Assembly: GCF_009650215.1 (NCBI RefSeq)
Contig: NZ_CP045851.1
Coordinates: 759,189-783,188 of the forward strand
Direction: 5' to 3'
DNA: 24,000 bases
DNA from: Actinomarinicola tropica
Lineage (GTDB): Bacteria; Actinomycetota; Acidimicrobiia; Acidimicrobiales; SKKL01
Part shown: piece after piece, positions 1 to 8,118 of the stretch
Layout: each line of letters starts with the position of its first letter
Position numbering within the stretch: position 1 is the stretch's first letter
Notes under the pieces: model-generated
Databases searched by the model: none
Seen by the model: only the letters and a program-made list of their open reading frames with translations
Told to the model about the DNA's origin: nothing
Translations under genes and position numbers: made by a program

Positions 1-1
1 T

Positions 2-799
2 GGGGTCCGGATCGACTACGACGTGCACGGTCCGGAGGACGGCCGGGTGGTGCTGCTGCTCCACGGCTTCCCCGACGATCGCAGCCTCTGGCGCCACCAG
101 GTCGGCCCGCTGGTCGACGCCGGCTTCCGCGTCGTCGTGCCCGACCAGCGGGGCTACGGGCGCTCCGACAAGCCCGCCGAGGTCGACGCCTACAACCTCC
201 TGTTCCTCGCCGGCGACGCGCTGGCGGTGCTCGACGACGTCGGCGCCACCACGGCGTCGGTGGTCGGCCACGACTGGGGCGCGCCGGTCGCGTGGTCGCT
301 CGCGTCGATGGCCTCCGAGCGGGTCGACCGGTTGGTCGCGCTCTCCGTCGGGCACCCCACGGTGATGTCCGACCCGGGGTGGGAGCAGCGCCGCTGGTCC
401 TGGTACATGCTCCTCTTCCAGTTCGAGGACGTCGCCGAGCGCTGGATGACCGACGACGGCGGCGCCCGCTTCCTCGACTGGAGCAGCCACCCGGAGGGCG
501 CAGAGGTCGTCGACCGGCTCGTGGCGACCGGCTCGTTGACGCCGGCGCTGAACTGGTACCGGGCCAACGTCCACCCCCGCTCGATGCTCGAGCCGCCGCC
601 GGCCCTGCCGCCCGTGCAGGCACCCACCACCGGCGTGTGGTCGAGCGACGACATGGCCCTCACCGAGCAGCAGATGGTGCGCTCCGGCGAGCACTGCGCG
701 AACGGCTTCCGCTACGAGCGCTTCGACGGCATCGGTCACTGGATCCCGCTCGAGGCACCCGAGCGGCTGAACGCCCTCCTCCTCGACGTGCTGGCCTGA
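2..799 (+). CDS. alpha/beta-fold hydrolase (epoxide hydrolase / haloalkane dehalogenase-like); 5' end probably off-window
   Basis: Listed ORF 23..799. The frame stays open back to position 2 (GVRIDYDV precedes the listed start). Motifs: LLLHGFPD..W, PDQRGYGRSDKP, nucleophile elbow VVGHDWGA, C-terminal GIGHW. GC3 is high. Confidence 0.85.
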   Translation, partial: GVRIDYDVHGPEDGRVVLLLHGFPDDRSLWRHQVGPLVDAGFRVVVPDQRGYGRSDKPAEVDAYNLLFLAGDALAVLDDVGATTASVVGHDWGAPVAWSLASMASERVDRLVALSVGHPTVMSDPGWEQRRWSWYMLLFQFEDVAERWMTDDGGARFLDWSSHPEGAEVVDRLVATGSLTPALNWYRANVHPRSMLEPPPALPPVQAPTTGVWSSDDMALTEQQMVRSGEHCANGFRYERFDGIGHWIPLEAPERLNALLLDVLA

Positions 800-814
800 G
801 GCCGCCCGGCGGCG

Positions 815-1465
815 TCAGCGCCAGAGGTCGATGCGGCGGCCCTGGAGCTCGAAGCCGTGGTCGATCGCCCACAGCACGGCCTGCGTGCGGCTCGTGACGC
901 CCATCTTGGCGTAGGCCGTCCGGATGTAGGTCTTGATCGAGTTGACGCTGAGGTACGTGCGCTCGGCGATCTGGGCGTTGCTGAGGCCCTGGGCGATCAG
1001 GGCGACGACCTCCGCCTCGCGCTCGCTCAGGCCCTCCTCGCGCCCCGGCCAGTCCTGACCGACGGGCGTGCGGGCGGGCGGTGGGTCGCTCACGACGATC
1101 TCGCCGGCGGCGACGCGCTCGATCGCCTCGACGAGCTCGCCGGCGGGGAGCGTCTTCGCCAGGTAGCCCGAGGCGCCGACGTGGAGCGCCTCCTTCACCA
1201 CGACCTCGTCGAACACCCAGGTGTAGACGGCGACGTGACGTGCCGCAGGGTTCTCGACGAGCACCTGGAGGTCGCCGTCGCCCGCCTCCGGCTGGGCGAA
1301 GGTGTCGAGCAGGACGACGTCGACGTCGCCCTCCCCGAGCTCGCCGGTCGTCATCTCGACCACCTCGATGCGGTCGCGGTAGTGGTCGAACATGTGCGCC
1401 AGGCCGGCGATCACGACGTCGTAGTCGTCGACGATGGCGACGCGCACCGGGTGGTGTTCGCTCAT
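815..1465 (-). CDS. NarL/FixJ-type response regulator (receiver domain plus LuxR-family HTH)
   Basis: This is the C-terminal 216 aa of listed ORF 815..2257, starting at ATG 1465..1463 (MSEHHPVRVAIVDDYD). Receiver residues are present: DD, VVLLD, T (VAVYTW), K (GYLAK). The LuxR HTH reads LSEREAEVVALIAQGLSNAQIAERTYLSVNSIKTYIRTAY. The upstream part of the long ORF is antisense to the gene at 1520..2239. Confidence 0.85.
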   Translation of the reverse strand: MSEHHPVRVAIVDDYDVVIAGLAHMFDHYRDRIEVVEMTTGELGEGDVDVVLLDTFAQPEAGDGDLQVLVENPAARHVAVYTWVFDEVVVKEALHVGASGYLAKTLPAGELVEAIERVAAGEIVVSDPPPARTPVGQDWPGREEGLSEREAEVVALIAQGLSNAQIAERTYLSVNSIKTYIRTAYAKMGVTSRTQAVLWAIDHGFELQGRRIDLWR

Positions 1466-1519
1466 GACGAGGTCCCTCACCCCTCGCACGCCCGCCCAAA
1501 CGTCGGCTAGAGAGGGCGC

Positions 1520-2239
1520 ATGGCGAGCTTCGACCGTGACGGTGCCACGATCCACTACGACGACGAGGGCCGCGGCCACCCCGTGCTGCTCATCGCGCCC
1601 GGCGGGATGCGCTCCGCCAACGAGGTCTGGGGGAACATGCCGTGGAACCCGCGGACGGCCCTCGCCGACGGCTACCGGCTCATCGGCATGGACCAGCGCA
1701 ACGCCGGCCGCTCGACGGCCCCCGTCACCGGTGACGAGGGTTGGGCCACCTACGCCGCCGACCAGCTGGCGCTGCTCGACCACCTGGGGATCGAGCGCTG
1801 CCACGTCCTCGGCATGTGCATCGGCGGCCCGTACATCCTGGGGCTGCTCCAGGCCGCTCCCGACCGGTTCGACAGCGCGGTGCTGCTCCAGCCGGTCGGC
1901 ATCGACGACAACCGCGCGGCGCTCGAGGAGATGTTCGACGCCTGGCGGGCCGACATCGCCGACCGGCACCCCGAGGCCGACGACGCGGCGTGGGCCTCGT
2001 ACCGCTCGCACATGTGGGACGGCGAGTTCGTGCTCACGGCGTCGCCCGAGCAGGCGGCGGCGATCCGCACGCCGATCCTCCTGCTGAAGGGGAACGACCT
2101 GTACCACCCGGCGTCGACCTCGGACGCCCTGGCCGCCACGCTGCCCGACGTCACCTACGTCGAGCGGTGGAAGGACGACGAGAGCCTCCCGGCCACCGAC
2201 GCGACGATCAAGGAGTTCCTCGCCCGTCACACCCCCTGA
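1520..2239 (+). CDS. alpha/beta-fold hydrolase
   Basis: 239-aa ORF. Motifs: HPVLLIAPGG, MDQRNAGRS, nucleophile-elbow-like VLGMCIGG. GC3 is high. It is divergent from the response regulator across a 54-bp spacer. Confidence 0.8.
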   Translation: MASFDRDGATIHYDDEGRGHPVLLIAPGGMRSANEVWGNMPWNPRTALADGYRLIGMDQRNAGRSTAPVTGDEGWATYAADQLALLDHLGIERCHVLGMCIGGPYILGLLQAAPDRFDSAVLLQPVGIDDNRAALEEMFDAWRADIADRHPEADDAAWASYRSHMWDGEFVLTASPEQAAAIRTPILLLKGNDLYHPASTSDALAATLPDVTYVERWKDDESLPATDATIKEFLARHTP

Positions 2240-2285
2240 CGTCGGGGGTACGGTCACCTCGCGGGCCCGCCGAGGAGGTGCGCTG

Positions 2286-2684
2286 GTGGTCTACGAGGAG
2301 ACGGTCGTCCTGAGGGTGGGCTTCGACGAGGCCCTGGCCCAGGTGAAGGAGGCGTTCGCCGAGCAGGGCTTCGGCACGCTGACCGAGATCGACGTCCAGC
2401 AGGTCCTGCGGACGAAGATCGGCAAGGAGATGGGCCGCTACGTCATCGTCGGGGCCTGCAACCCGGAGCTGGCGTCGCAGGCGCTCGACGAGGTGCCCCA
2501 GATCGGCGTGCTCCTGCCCTGCAACGTGGTCGTGCGCGAGTCGCCCGACGGCGTGCTCGTCGAGGCGATGGACCCGGGGGTCATGGCGACGGTGACGGGG
2601 CACGAGGGGATGCGCCCCATCGCCGACGACGCCCGCCGCCGGGTGAGCGACGCGCTCGACCGCCTCCAGGCCACCGCTCTCTGA
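2286..2684 (+). CDS. DUF302 domain protein
   Basis: 132-aa ORF with a GTG start. GAGGAGG lies a few nt upstream. The pattern GFGTLTEIDVQQVL..K.G......Y.IVGACNP......AL...P.IGVLLPCNVVV....DG is typical of DUF302. Confidence 0.75.
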   Translation: MVYEETVVLRVGFDEALAQVKEAFAEQGFGTLTEIDVQQVLRTKIGKEMGRYVIVGACNPELASQALDEVPQIGVLLPCNVVVRESPDGVLVEAMDPGVMATVTGHEGMRPIADDARRRVSDALDRLQATAL

Positions 2685-2706
2685 CCGCCCTGTACGGTCT
2701 CCGCCC

Positions 2707-3561
2707 ATGACACGTGCGCTGGTGCTGGGCGGTGGCGGCCCCGTCGGGATCGCCTGGGAGTCGGGACTCGTCGTGGGTCTGGCCGAGCGGGGGATCGACC
2801 TGTCGGTCGCCGACCGCATCCTCGGGACCTCGGCCGGCTCGAACGTCGGGGCACGGCTCGCGCTGGGCCACGACCTGTCGACGGTCGCCCAGGCCCGGTC
2901 GACGCCGCAGCGGTCCGAGTCCGACGCCGTCGGCGGGCCGATGGGGGACCGCCTCGCCGGGCTGATGGAGGTCATGGCCCAGGCGATGGGCCACGAGGGC
3001 ACGCCCGAGGAGGCACGCGCGCTCATCGGCCGCTTCGCCCTCGACGCCGATCCGATGCCGGAGGAGCGGTTCACCGGCGTGTTCGCCGACCTCGCCGACC
3101 AGCCGTGGCCCGCGGCGTTCGCCTGCACCGCCATCCGCGCCCTCACCGGCGAGCTCGTCGTCTGGGACGCCGACGCCGGTGTCGACCTGCACCTGGCCGT
3201 GTCGTCGAGCTGCTCGGTCCCGGGCATCTTCCCGCCGATCACGATCGACGGAGAGCGCTACATCGACGGCGGCATGCGCTCGGCGCTCAACGCCGACCTG
3301 GTCGCGGGGGCGGATCGGGCCGTCGTCGTGTCGGTCATGCCCACGTCCATGGCCGGGTTCGCCGACGTCGGCGGCGAGCTGGCCGCGCTGCGCGGCAGCG
3401 GCACGACGGTCGAGGTCGTCGAGCCCGACGAGGCGTTCCTCGAGCTCGCCGGCATGGGCGCCCACCTGATGGATCTGCACCGCGGCCCGCAGGCCTACGA
3501 GCTCGGCCTCGCCCTCGCCGACCAGGTGGCCGACCGCGTCGGCGTCCACTGGGGCGGCTGA
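2707..3561 (+). CDS. patatin-like phospholipase family protein
   Basis: Oxyanion-hole motif LGGGGPVG, nucleophile GTSAG (G-x-S-x-G), and catalytic Asp in YIDGGM (DGG motif). Confidence 0.85.
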   Translation: MTRALVLGGGGPVGIAWESGLVVGLAERGIDLSVADRILGTSAGSNVGARLALGHDLSTVAQARSTPQRSESDAVGGPMGDRLAGLMEVMAQAMGHEGTPEEARALIGRFALDADPMPEERFTGVFADLADQPWPAAFACTAIRALTGELVVWDADAGVDLHLAVSSSCSVPGIFPPITIDGERYIDGGMRSALNADLVAGADRAVVVSVMPTSMAGFADVGGELAALRGSGTTVEVVEPDEAFLELAGMGAHLMDLHRGPQAYELGLALADQVADRVGVHWGG

Positions 3562-3576
3562 CGCCGGCGCATCCCG

Positions 3577-6300
3577 TCAGCCGGTGTTGCGCAGGCCGGC
3601 GGCGATGCCGTCGATCGTCAGCAGGAGCGCCCGGTCGGTGACGGGGTCGGTCTCGGTGGTCCGGCGGGTGCGCGACAGCAGCTCGACCTGGAGGGCGTGC
3701 ATCGGGTGCAGGTAGCGGTCGCGCACGTCGAGCGTCCGTTGCAGCACCGGGTGCTCCGACAGCGGACCGCGCCCCTCGGTGACCCACGCGAGCTGCTCGA
3801 CCGTCCTGGCGTGCTCGTCCTCGATCACGTCGAGCAGGTGGCGATGCTCGGTGGGCACCAACGCCTCGACGTAGCGGCGGGCGATGCCGAGGTCGGTCTT
3901 GGCCAGCGTCATCTCGACGTTGCTGAGCAGGGCCCGTAGGAACCACCAGTCCCGTGCCATCTGCCGCAGCCGGTCGCCGTGGCCCGCGTCGCGCGCTGCG
4001 GCCAGCCCGGTCCCGACGCCGAACCAGCCGGGCACGATCTGGCGGCTCTGGGTCCAGCCGAACACCCACGGGATGGCGCGCAGCGCGTCGAGCCCGGCGT
4101 TCGCCTCGGGCCGTGACGCCGGCCGGGAGCCGATGTTCAGCCGCCCCAGCTCCTGCACCGGTGTGGACGTGAGGAAGTAGTCGACGAGCGACGGGTCGTC
4201 GACCAGGCGCCGGTAGGCGGCGCGCGCCGCGTCGGAGGTGACGTCCATGACCTCGTCGTAGCCGGCGAGGGTGCTCTCCTCCTGGCGCGAGGTGGTGTGG
4301 AGCACGGTGGCCTCGAGCGTCGCGGCGACGAGCAGCTCGGCGTTGTGCCGGGCGAGGTGCGGCAGCAGGTACTTGTCGCTGATGACCTCGCCCTGCTCGG
4401 TGAGCTTCACCGCCCCCTCGACCGCCCCGTAGGGCTGGGCGAGGATCGCCTGGTGGGCGGGACCGCCGCCGCGGCCCACCGAACCGCCGCGGCCGTGGAA
4501 GAGGCGGAGCCGCACGCCGTGCTCCTGCGCCACGTCGCGCAGCATCCGGATCGCCCGCTGGATCGACCACTGCGAGGTGACGATGCCGCCGTCCTTGTTG
4601 GAGTCCGAGTAGCCGAGCATGACCTCCTGGACGTCGCCGCGGGCCCGCACGACCTCCCGGTAGCTCGGGGTCGACAGGAGGTCGCCGACGATGCGGTCGG
4701 CGTCGAGGAGCTCGTCGATCGTCTCGAGCAGCGGCACGAACGACAGACGGGCGACGCCGCGAGGGACGTCGACCAGTCCGGACTCGCGCGCCGCGACGAC
4801 CGCGGCGAGGACGTCGCTCGGCCCCCGGGTCATCGACACGATGAACGTGCGGATGACGTCGTCGCCGTAGCGGTCGAGGGCGTCGCGGATCACGCTGAAG
4901 GTGCGGGCGACCCTGGTGGCGGTCGGGGAGACCTCGGTCGTGAGGCTGCTGAGCGGGCGGGCCCCGGCGAGCTCGCCGTCGAGCAGGTCGCTGCGGCCCT
5001 CGTCGTCGCTCGGGTAGTCGATGCCGTTGAGCTGGCACAGCTCCTCCACCAGCGTGTGGAGGTTGCGGCTGTGGTCGCGCACGTCCATCTCCGCCAGGTG
5101 GAACCCCGACGCCGCGACGACCCGTCGGACGCCGTCGAGCCGGCCGACCGCGAGGTGGCCAGCTCGCTCGCGCAGCGAGCGACGGACGAGGTCGAGCTCG
5201 GCGAGTAGCTCGGTGGCGTCGCGGTAGTCGACCCCCGGCCGGTGCGGCGTGCCCGTCCGGTGTCGCTCCCTGGTGTTGAGCACGCGCTCGCGGCAGTAGG
5301 ACAGCTTGAGCCGGTAGGGCTCCTCGGCGTTGAGGTGGGCGAGCCGCTCCCAGACCTCGGGCAGCGCGGCCCGGTCGGCCTCCAGGCTGGCGACCAGCTC
5401 CGGGTCGTCCCCGACGATGAGCGACGACGGCGACAGCTCGGTGATGAGGTCGGCGAGGGCCCGCTCGATGAGGAGCAGCCCGCGGTCGTGCATCCACGCG
5501 AGGACCGCGGAGGTGACCTCCGGCGTCACGTTGGGGTTGCCGTCGCGGTCGCCGCCCACCCACGTGCCGAACCGCAGCGGCTGCGCGTCGAGGGGCAGCT
5601 CGACCCCGGCCCGGGCGAGGTGCGCCTCGAGGTCGACGAGCAGGTCGGGGAGCACGTTCCAGAGGACGGACTCCGCGTAGTACAGGGCCGACTGGGCCTC
5701 GTCGGTCGGACGGGGCGCGTTGACCCGCAGCTCGTCGGTGACCCACAGCAGGTCGATGAGCTCGGCGGCGCGCCGGTCGAGCCGCTCGTGCTCGTCGTCG
5801 CCGAGCCGCGGGTCGTGGCGGCGGTCGAGCAGCTCGGCGAGGTCGGCGAGCTTGGTGAGCACCGAGCGGCGCGACGACTCGGTGGGATGGGCGGTGAGCA
5901 CCGGTCGGACCTCGAGGCTCGCCACCGCGTCGGCCAGCTCGTCGGCGGGGAGGCCGGCGTCGGCGATGCGCTCGAACGTGGCGCGCATCCAGCCCCGCCC
6001 GCCGTCCTCGGGCCGGTTGGTGAGGCTGACGCGGTGCGCCTGCTCGGCGACGGTCGCCAGGTGGAAGTACGTGGTGAACGCCCGGGCGTAGAGGATCGCG
6101 TCGAGCGCCCCTGCGGCGGCCAGGCGGTCGGCCAGCTCGCGGCCCGCGGCGGCGTCGCCCTCGTCGGCTCGCCGGGAGAGCTGGCGGATCTCCTCCACGG
6201 CATCGAGGAGGTCCTGTCCGCCCTGGCGGACGAGCGCCCGCCCGAGCTCGTCGCCCAGGCGGCGGATGTCGGATCGGAGCGCGGCGTCGACGTCGTCCAT
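3577..6300 (-). CDS. ppc: phosphoenolpyruvate carboxylase
   Basis: 907-aa product starting at ATG 6300..6298 (MDDVDAALRSDIRRLGDELG). Hallmark motifs: VLTAHPTE, MLGYSDSNKDGG, FHGRGGSVGRGGGP, and the invariant C-terminus GLRNTG. The remainder of listed ORF 3577..7491 is an out-of-frame shadow over the upstream gene. Confidence 0.95.
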   Translation of the reverse strand: MDDVDAALRSDIRRLGDELGRALVRQGGQDLLDAVEEIRQLSRRADEGDAAAGRELADRLAAAGALDAILYARAFTTYFHLATVAEQAHRVSLTNRPEDGGRGWMRATFERIADAGLPADELADAVASLEVRPVLTAHPTESSRRSVLTKLADLAELLDRRHDPRLGDDEHERLDRRAAELIDLLWVTDELRVNAPRPTDEAQSALYYAESVLWNVLPDLLVDLEAHLARAGVELPLDAQPLRFGTWVGGDRDGNPNVTPEVTSAVLAWMHDRGLLLIERALADLITELSPSSLIVGDDPELVASLEADRAALPEVWERLAHLNAEEPYRLKLSYCRERVLNTRERHRTGTPHRPGVDYRDATELLAELDLVRRSLRERAGHLAVGRLDGVRRVVAASGFHLAEMDVRDHSRNLHTLVEELCQLNGIDYPSDDEGRSDLLDGELAGARPLSSLTTEVSPTATRVARTFSVIRDALDRYGDDVIRTFIVSMTRGPSDVLAAVVAARESGLVDVPRGVARLSFVPLLETIDELLDADRIVGDLLSTPSYREVVRARGDVQEVMLGYSDSNKDGGIVTSQWSIQRAIRMLRDVAQEHGVRLRLFHGRGGSVGRGGGPAHQAILAQPYGAVEGAVKLTEQGEVISDKYLLPHLARHNAELLVAATLEATVLHTTSRQEESTLAGYDEVMDVTSDAARAAYRRLVDDPSLVDYFLTSTPVQELGRLNIGSRPASRPEANAGLDALRAIPWVFGWTQSRQIVPGWFGVGTGLAAARDAGHGDRLRQMARDWWFLRALLSNVEMTLAKTDLGIARRYVEALVPTEHRHLLDVIEDEHARTVEQLAWVTEGRGPLSEHPVLQRTLDVRDRYLHPMHALQVELLSRTRRTTETDPVTDRALLLTIDGIAAGLRNTG

Positions 6301-7061
6301 CACACCAGTGTGTTCGCGAACACCTGCCATGCGAGGAGGCTCTTGGCCACGAGGCTGAGGACGATGTAGATCCGCTCGCCGCGGAGGTAGTCCGTCCAGC
6401 CGCCCCGCGCCCGGTACTGCAGCAGCTGCACCAGGGCGAAGCAGTTGAAGGCGACGAAGATCGTCACGAAGATCCCGTACACGAAGTTCGGCACCTCGTC
6501 GCCGGCGCCGAACAGGTAGATCGAGATGCCGATCCACGGGACGGCGCCGATGATCGAGCCGAACACGAACGGGCTCCAGTCGACTCGCTCGTCGGCCCGG
6601 TTCTTGGTCTCCATCTCCCAGCCGAAGAAGATCATCGCGGCGTTGGCGCCGAAGAGGCCGAGGAGCGCGACGGCGTCGGTGATGCCGGTGATGCCGGCGA
6701 TGAGCACGATCATCAGCGACGCCGACAGCGAGTACTCGACCCAGCGGAAGCGGTTGCGACCCTCGGACAGCTCGTGCTGGTAGCGGGACCATCCCGACGG
6801 GGACACGACGAGGAAGTGGAAGAACGCCGAGAGCAGGGAGAACGCCGCCACGGCCGGACCGAGCGGATAGCTGAACAGCTCCTCCAGCTGGTCGCCCGAC
6901 ACCGGGGTGCCCGGCGGGCCCGACGCGAACAGCGCGGTGACCGGGAGGGAGAAGTCGTTCGACAGGACGATGATGAGCGTGCCCTGGACCAGGTGGGCCA
7001 GGCCCGCCACCAGGTTGAAGGGGCGGAGGCGCGACAGGGCGCGGGCGTCGATCTCGGTCAT
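6300..7061 (-). CDS. heliorhodopsin (7-TM retinal-binding protein, inverted topology family)
   Basis: 253 aa with seven hydrophobic helices. From memory it aligns end to end with heliorhodopsin 48C12. Matching elements: FN..G.AHLVQG (His23), a long TM1-TM2 loop, SAFFHFLV (His82), RFRWVEYSLSAS (Glu109 at the counterion position), PNFVY, and TM7 LSLVAKSLLAWQVF with Lys240 (codon 6342..6344). An SD-like GAAGGGG lies 5 nt upstream of ATG 7061. Confidence 0.9.
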   Translation of the reverse strand: MTEIDARALSRLRPFNLVAGLAHLVQGTLIIVLSNDFSLPVTALFASGPPGTPVSGDQLEELFSYPLGPAVAAFSLLSAFFHFLVVSPSGWSRYQHELSEGRNRFRWVEYSLSASLMIVLIAGITGITDAVALLGLFGANAAMIFFGWEMETKNRADERVDWSPFVFGSIIGAVPWIGISIYLFGAGDEVPNFVYGIFVTIFVAFNCFALVQLLQYRARGGWTDYLRGERIYIVLSLVAKSLLAWQVFANTLV

Positions 7062-7144
7062 GTGGGCCCCTTCGTGGCGGGTCGTGCTGACGGATGCAGC
7101 GGTGGCGCCCTACCAGTCGCCGGCCGGCGGAAAACGGTGCGCGG

Positions 7145-8098
7145 TCAGCCGAGGAAGCGGCGGACGTCGTCGGCGTCGGCCCCGAGCGCGACCAGGGCGT
7201 CCGGTGCGATCGGTTCGAGGGGATCGATGTCGACGGCGCCGCGCTCCCACCGCCAGGTGGCGACGGCCCGGCCGTCGACGAGCGCGATGGCCCGGAAGAG
7301 CCCGTTCGTGGTGACGACGCCGCGGTGCGGTCCGGTGATGCGCGGGCGGTCCGTCCAGCCGTGCAGGAGGGGGTCGAACGGGCCGAGGAGACGCGGTGGC
7401 GGCGGGCGCGCGTCGCGGTGGTCGCGCCGGACGACGAGGTTGTCGTCGCCCCACGGCTCGGTCTCCTCGGCGATGGCGGCCAGACCGGCACGGGCGTCGC
7501 CGAGGGTGAGCCCGCTCCACGCGGCCAGGTCGCGCGCCGAGGCCGGCCCGTGGCCTCGCAGGTAGCGCCGGGCCAGCTCGGCGAGCGCGGCGTCGTGGTC
7601 GACGGGTGGCATCGGCCCGAGCCAGGACTCGACGTCGACGAAGGCGTGGCGACCGTCGACGACCGGGCCGCGGACGAGCGCGTGGCGCAGCGTCGCGGCC
7701 ATGAGGATGTGGACGATCGCCTGGCCGGCCGTGCGGATGCCGGCGGCGTCGACCCGGTCGCGCAGCTGCTCCCGGGTGAGCGGGCCCTCGGCCCGCACCG
7801 ACGACATCACCACCTCCACGGCCCGGTCGGCGTCGGCGGGCGGGACGCCCTCCTCGCCCAGCCGACGGGCGTTGTGGACGAGCTGGCGGGGGGCGGTGAG
7901 CGCGTGCAGCCAGTGGTGGTCGGCGGCGGGGACGAGGTGGAGCGTGCCCCGGTGGAGCCAGCTGACGACGAGGGCGCGGTCGACGGTGACCGGGCGGCGG
8001 TGACGGGGTCCATGGGCCGAGTGTGGCTGCTCCTGCGGACAGGATCCGACCGCGTTCGCGGCGAGCTTGCGACCTTCGGCCCTACCTCGTGGGTGCAC
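7145..8098 (-). CDS. winged-helix DNA-binding protein, AlkZ/YcaQ-like DNA glycosylase family (short N-terminus)
   Basis: 317-aa ORF with a GTG start at 8098. Family-typical blocks: LHRGTLHLVPAADHHWL, ELARRYLRGHGPASARDLAAWSGL, FDPLLHGWTDR, ALVDGRAVATWRW. A possible Q-x-Q catalytic motif (PQEQPHSA) lies near the N-terminus. The N-terminus looks about 15-20 aa shorter than I expect for the family. Confidence 0.7.
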   Translation of the reverse strand: MHPRGRAEGRKLAANAVGSCPQEQPHSAHGPRHRRPVTVDRALVVSWLHRGTLHLVPAADHHWLHALTAPRQLVHNARRLGEEGVPPADADRAVEVVMSSVRAEGPLTREQLRDRVDAAGIRTAGQAIVHILMAATLRHALVRGPVVDGRHAFVDVESWLGPMPPVDHDAALAELARRYLRGHGPASARDLAAWSGLTLGDARAGLAAIAEETEPWGDDNLVVRRDHRDARPPPPRLLGPFDPLLHGWTDRPRITGPHRGVVTTNGLFRAIALVDGRAVATWRWERGAVDIDPLEPIAPDALVALGADADDVRRFLG

Positions 8099-8118
8099 CG
8101 GCAGCGGATCCTCGGGGC

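Noticed and set aside
3335-5746. 803-aa minus-strand ORF, and several 100-375-aa plus-strand ORFs, overlapping ppc.
   Set aside because: These are classic high-GC shadow ORFs: extreme Arg/Pro/Gly/Ala content, no recognisable motifs, and full overlap with a gene of certain identity.
7118-7129. 12-bp perfect GC palindrome CGCCGGCCGGCG upstream of the heliorhodopsin, considered as an operator or terminator.
   Set aside because: Short all-GC palindromes are expected by chance at this base composition. On the minus strand the T-run precedes rather than follows it, so it is not a canonical terminator.
6301-7491. N-terminal extension of the 1304-aa ORF (3577..7491, minus), which would make a giant PEPC fusion.
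   Set aside because: The extension is Arg/Pro/Gly-rich low-complexity sequence with poorer GC3. It runs out of frame across the well-supported heliorhodopsin gene. PEPC homology begins exactly at MDDVDAALRSDIRRLG (ATG 6300).
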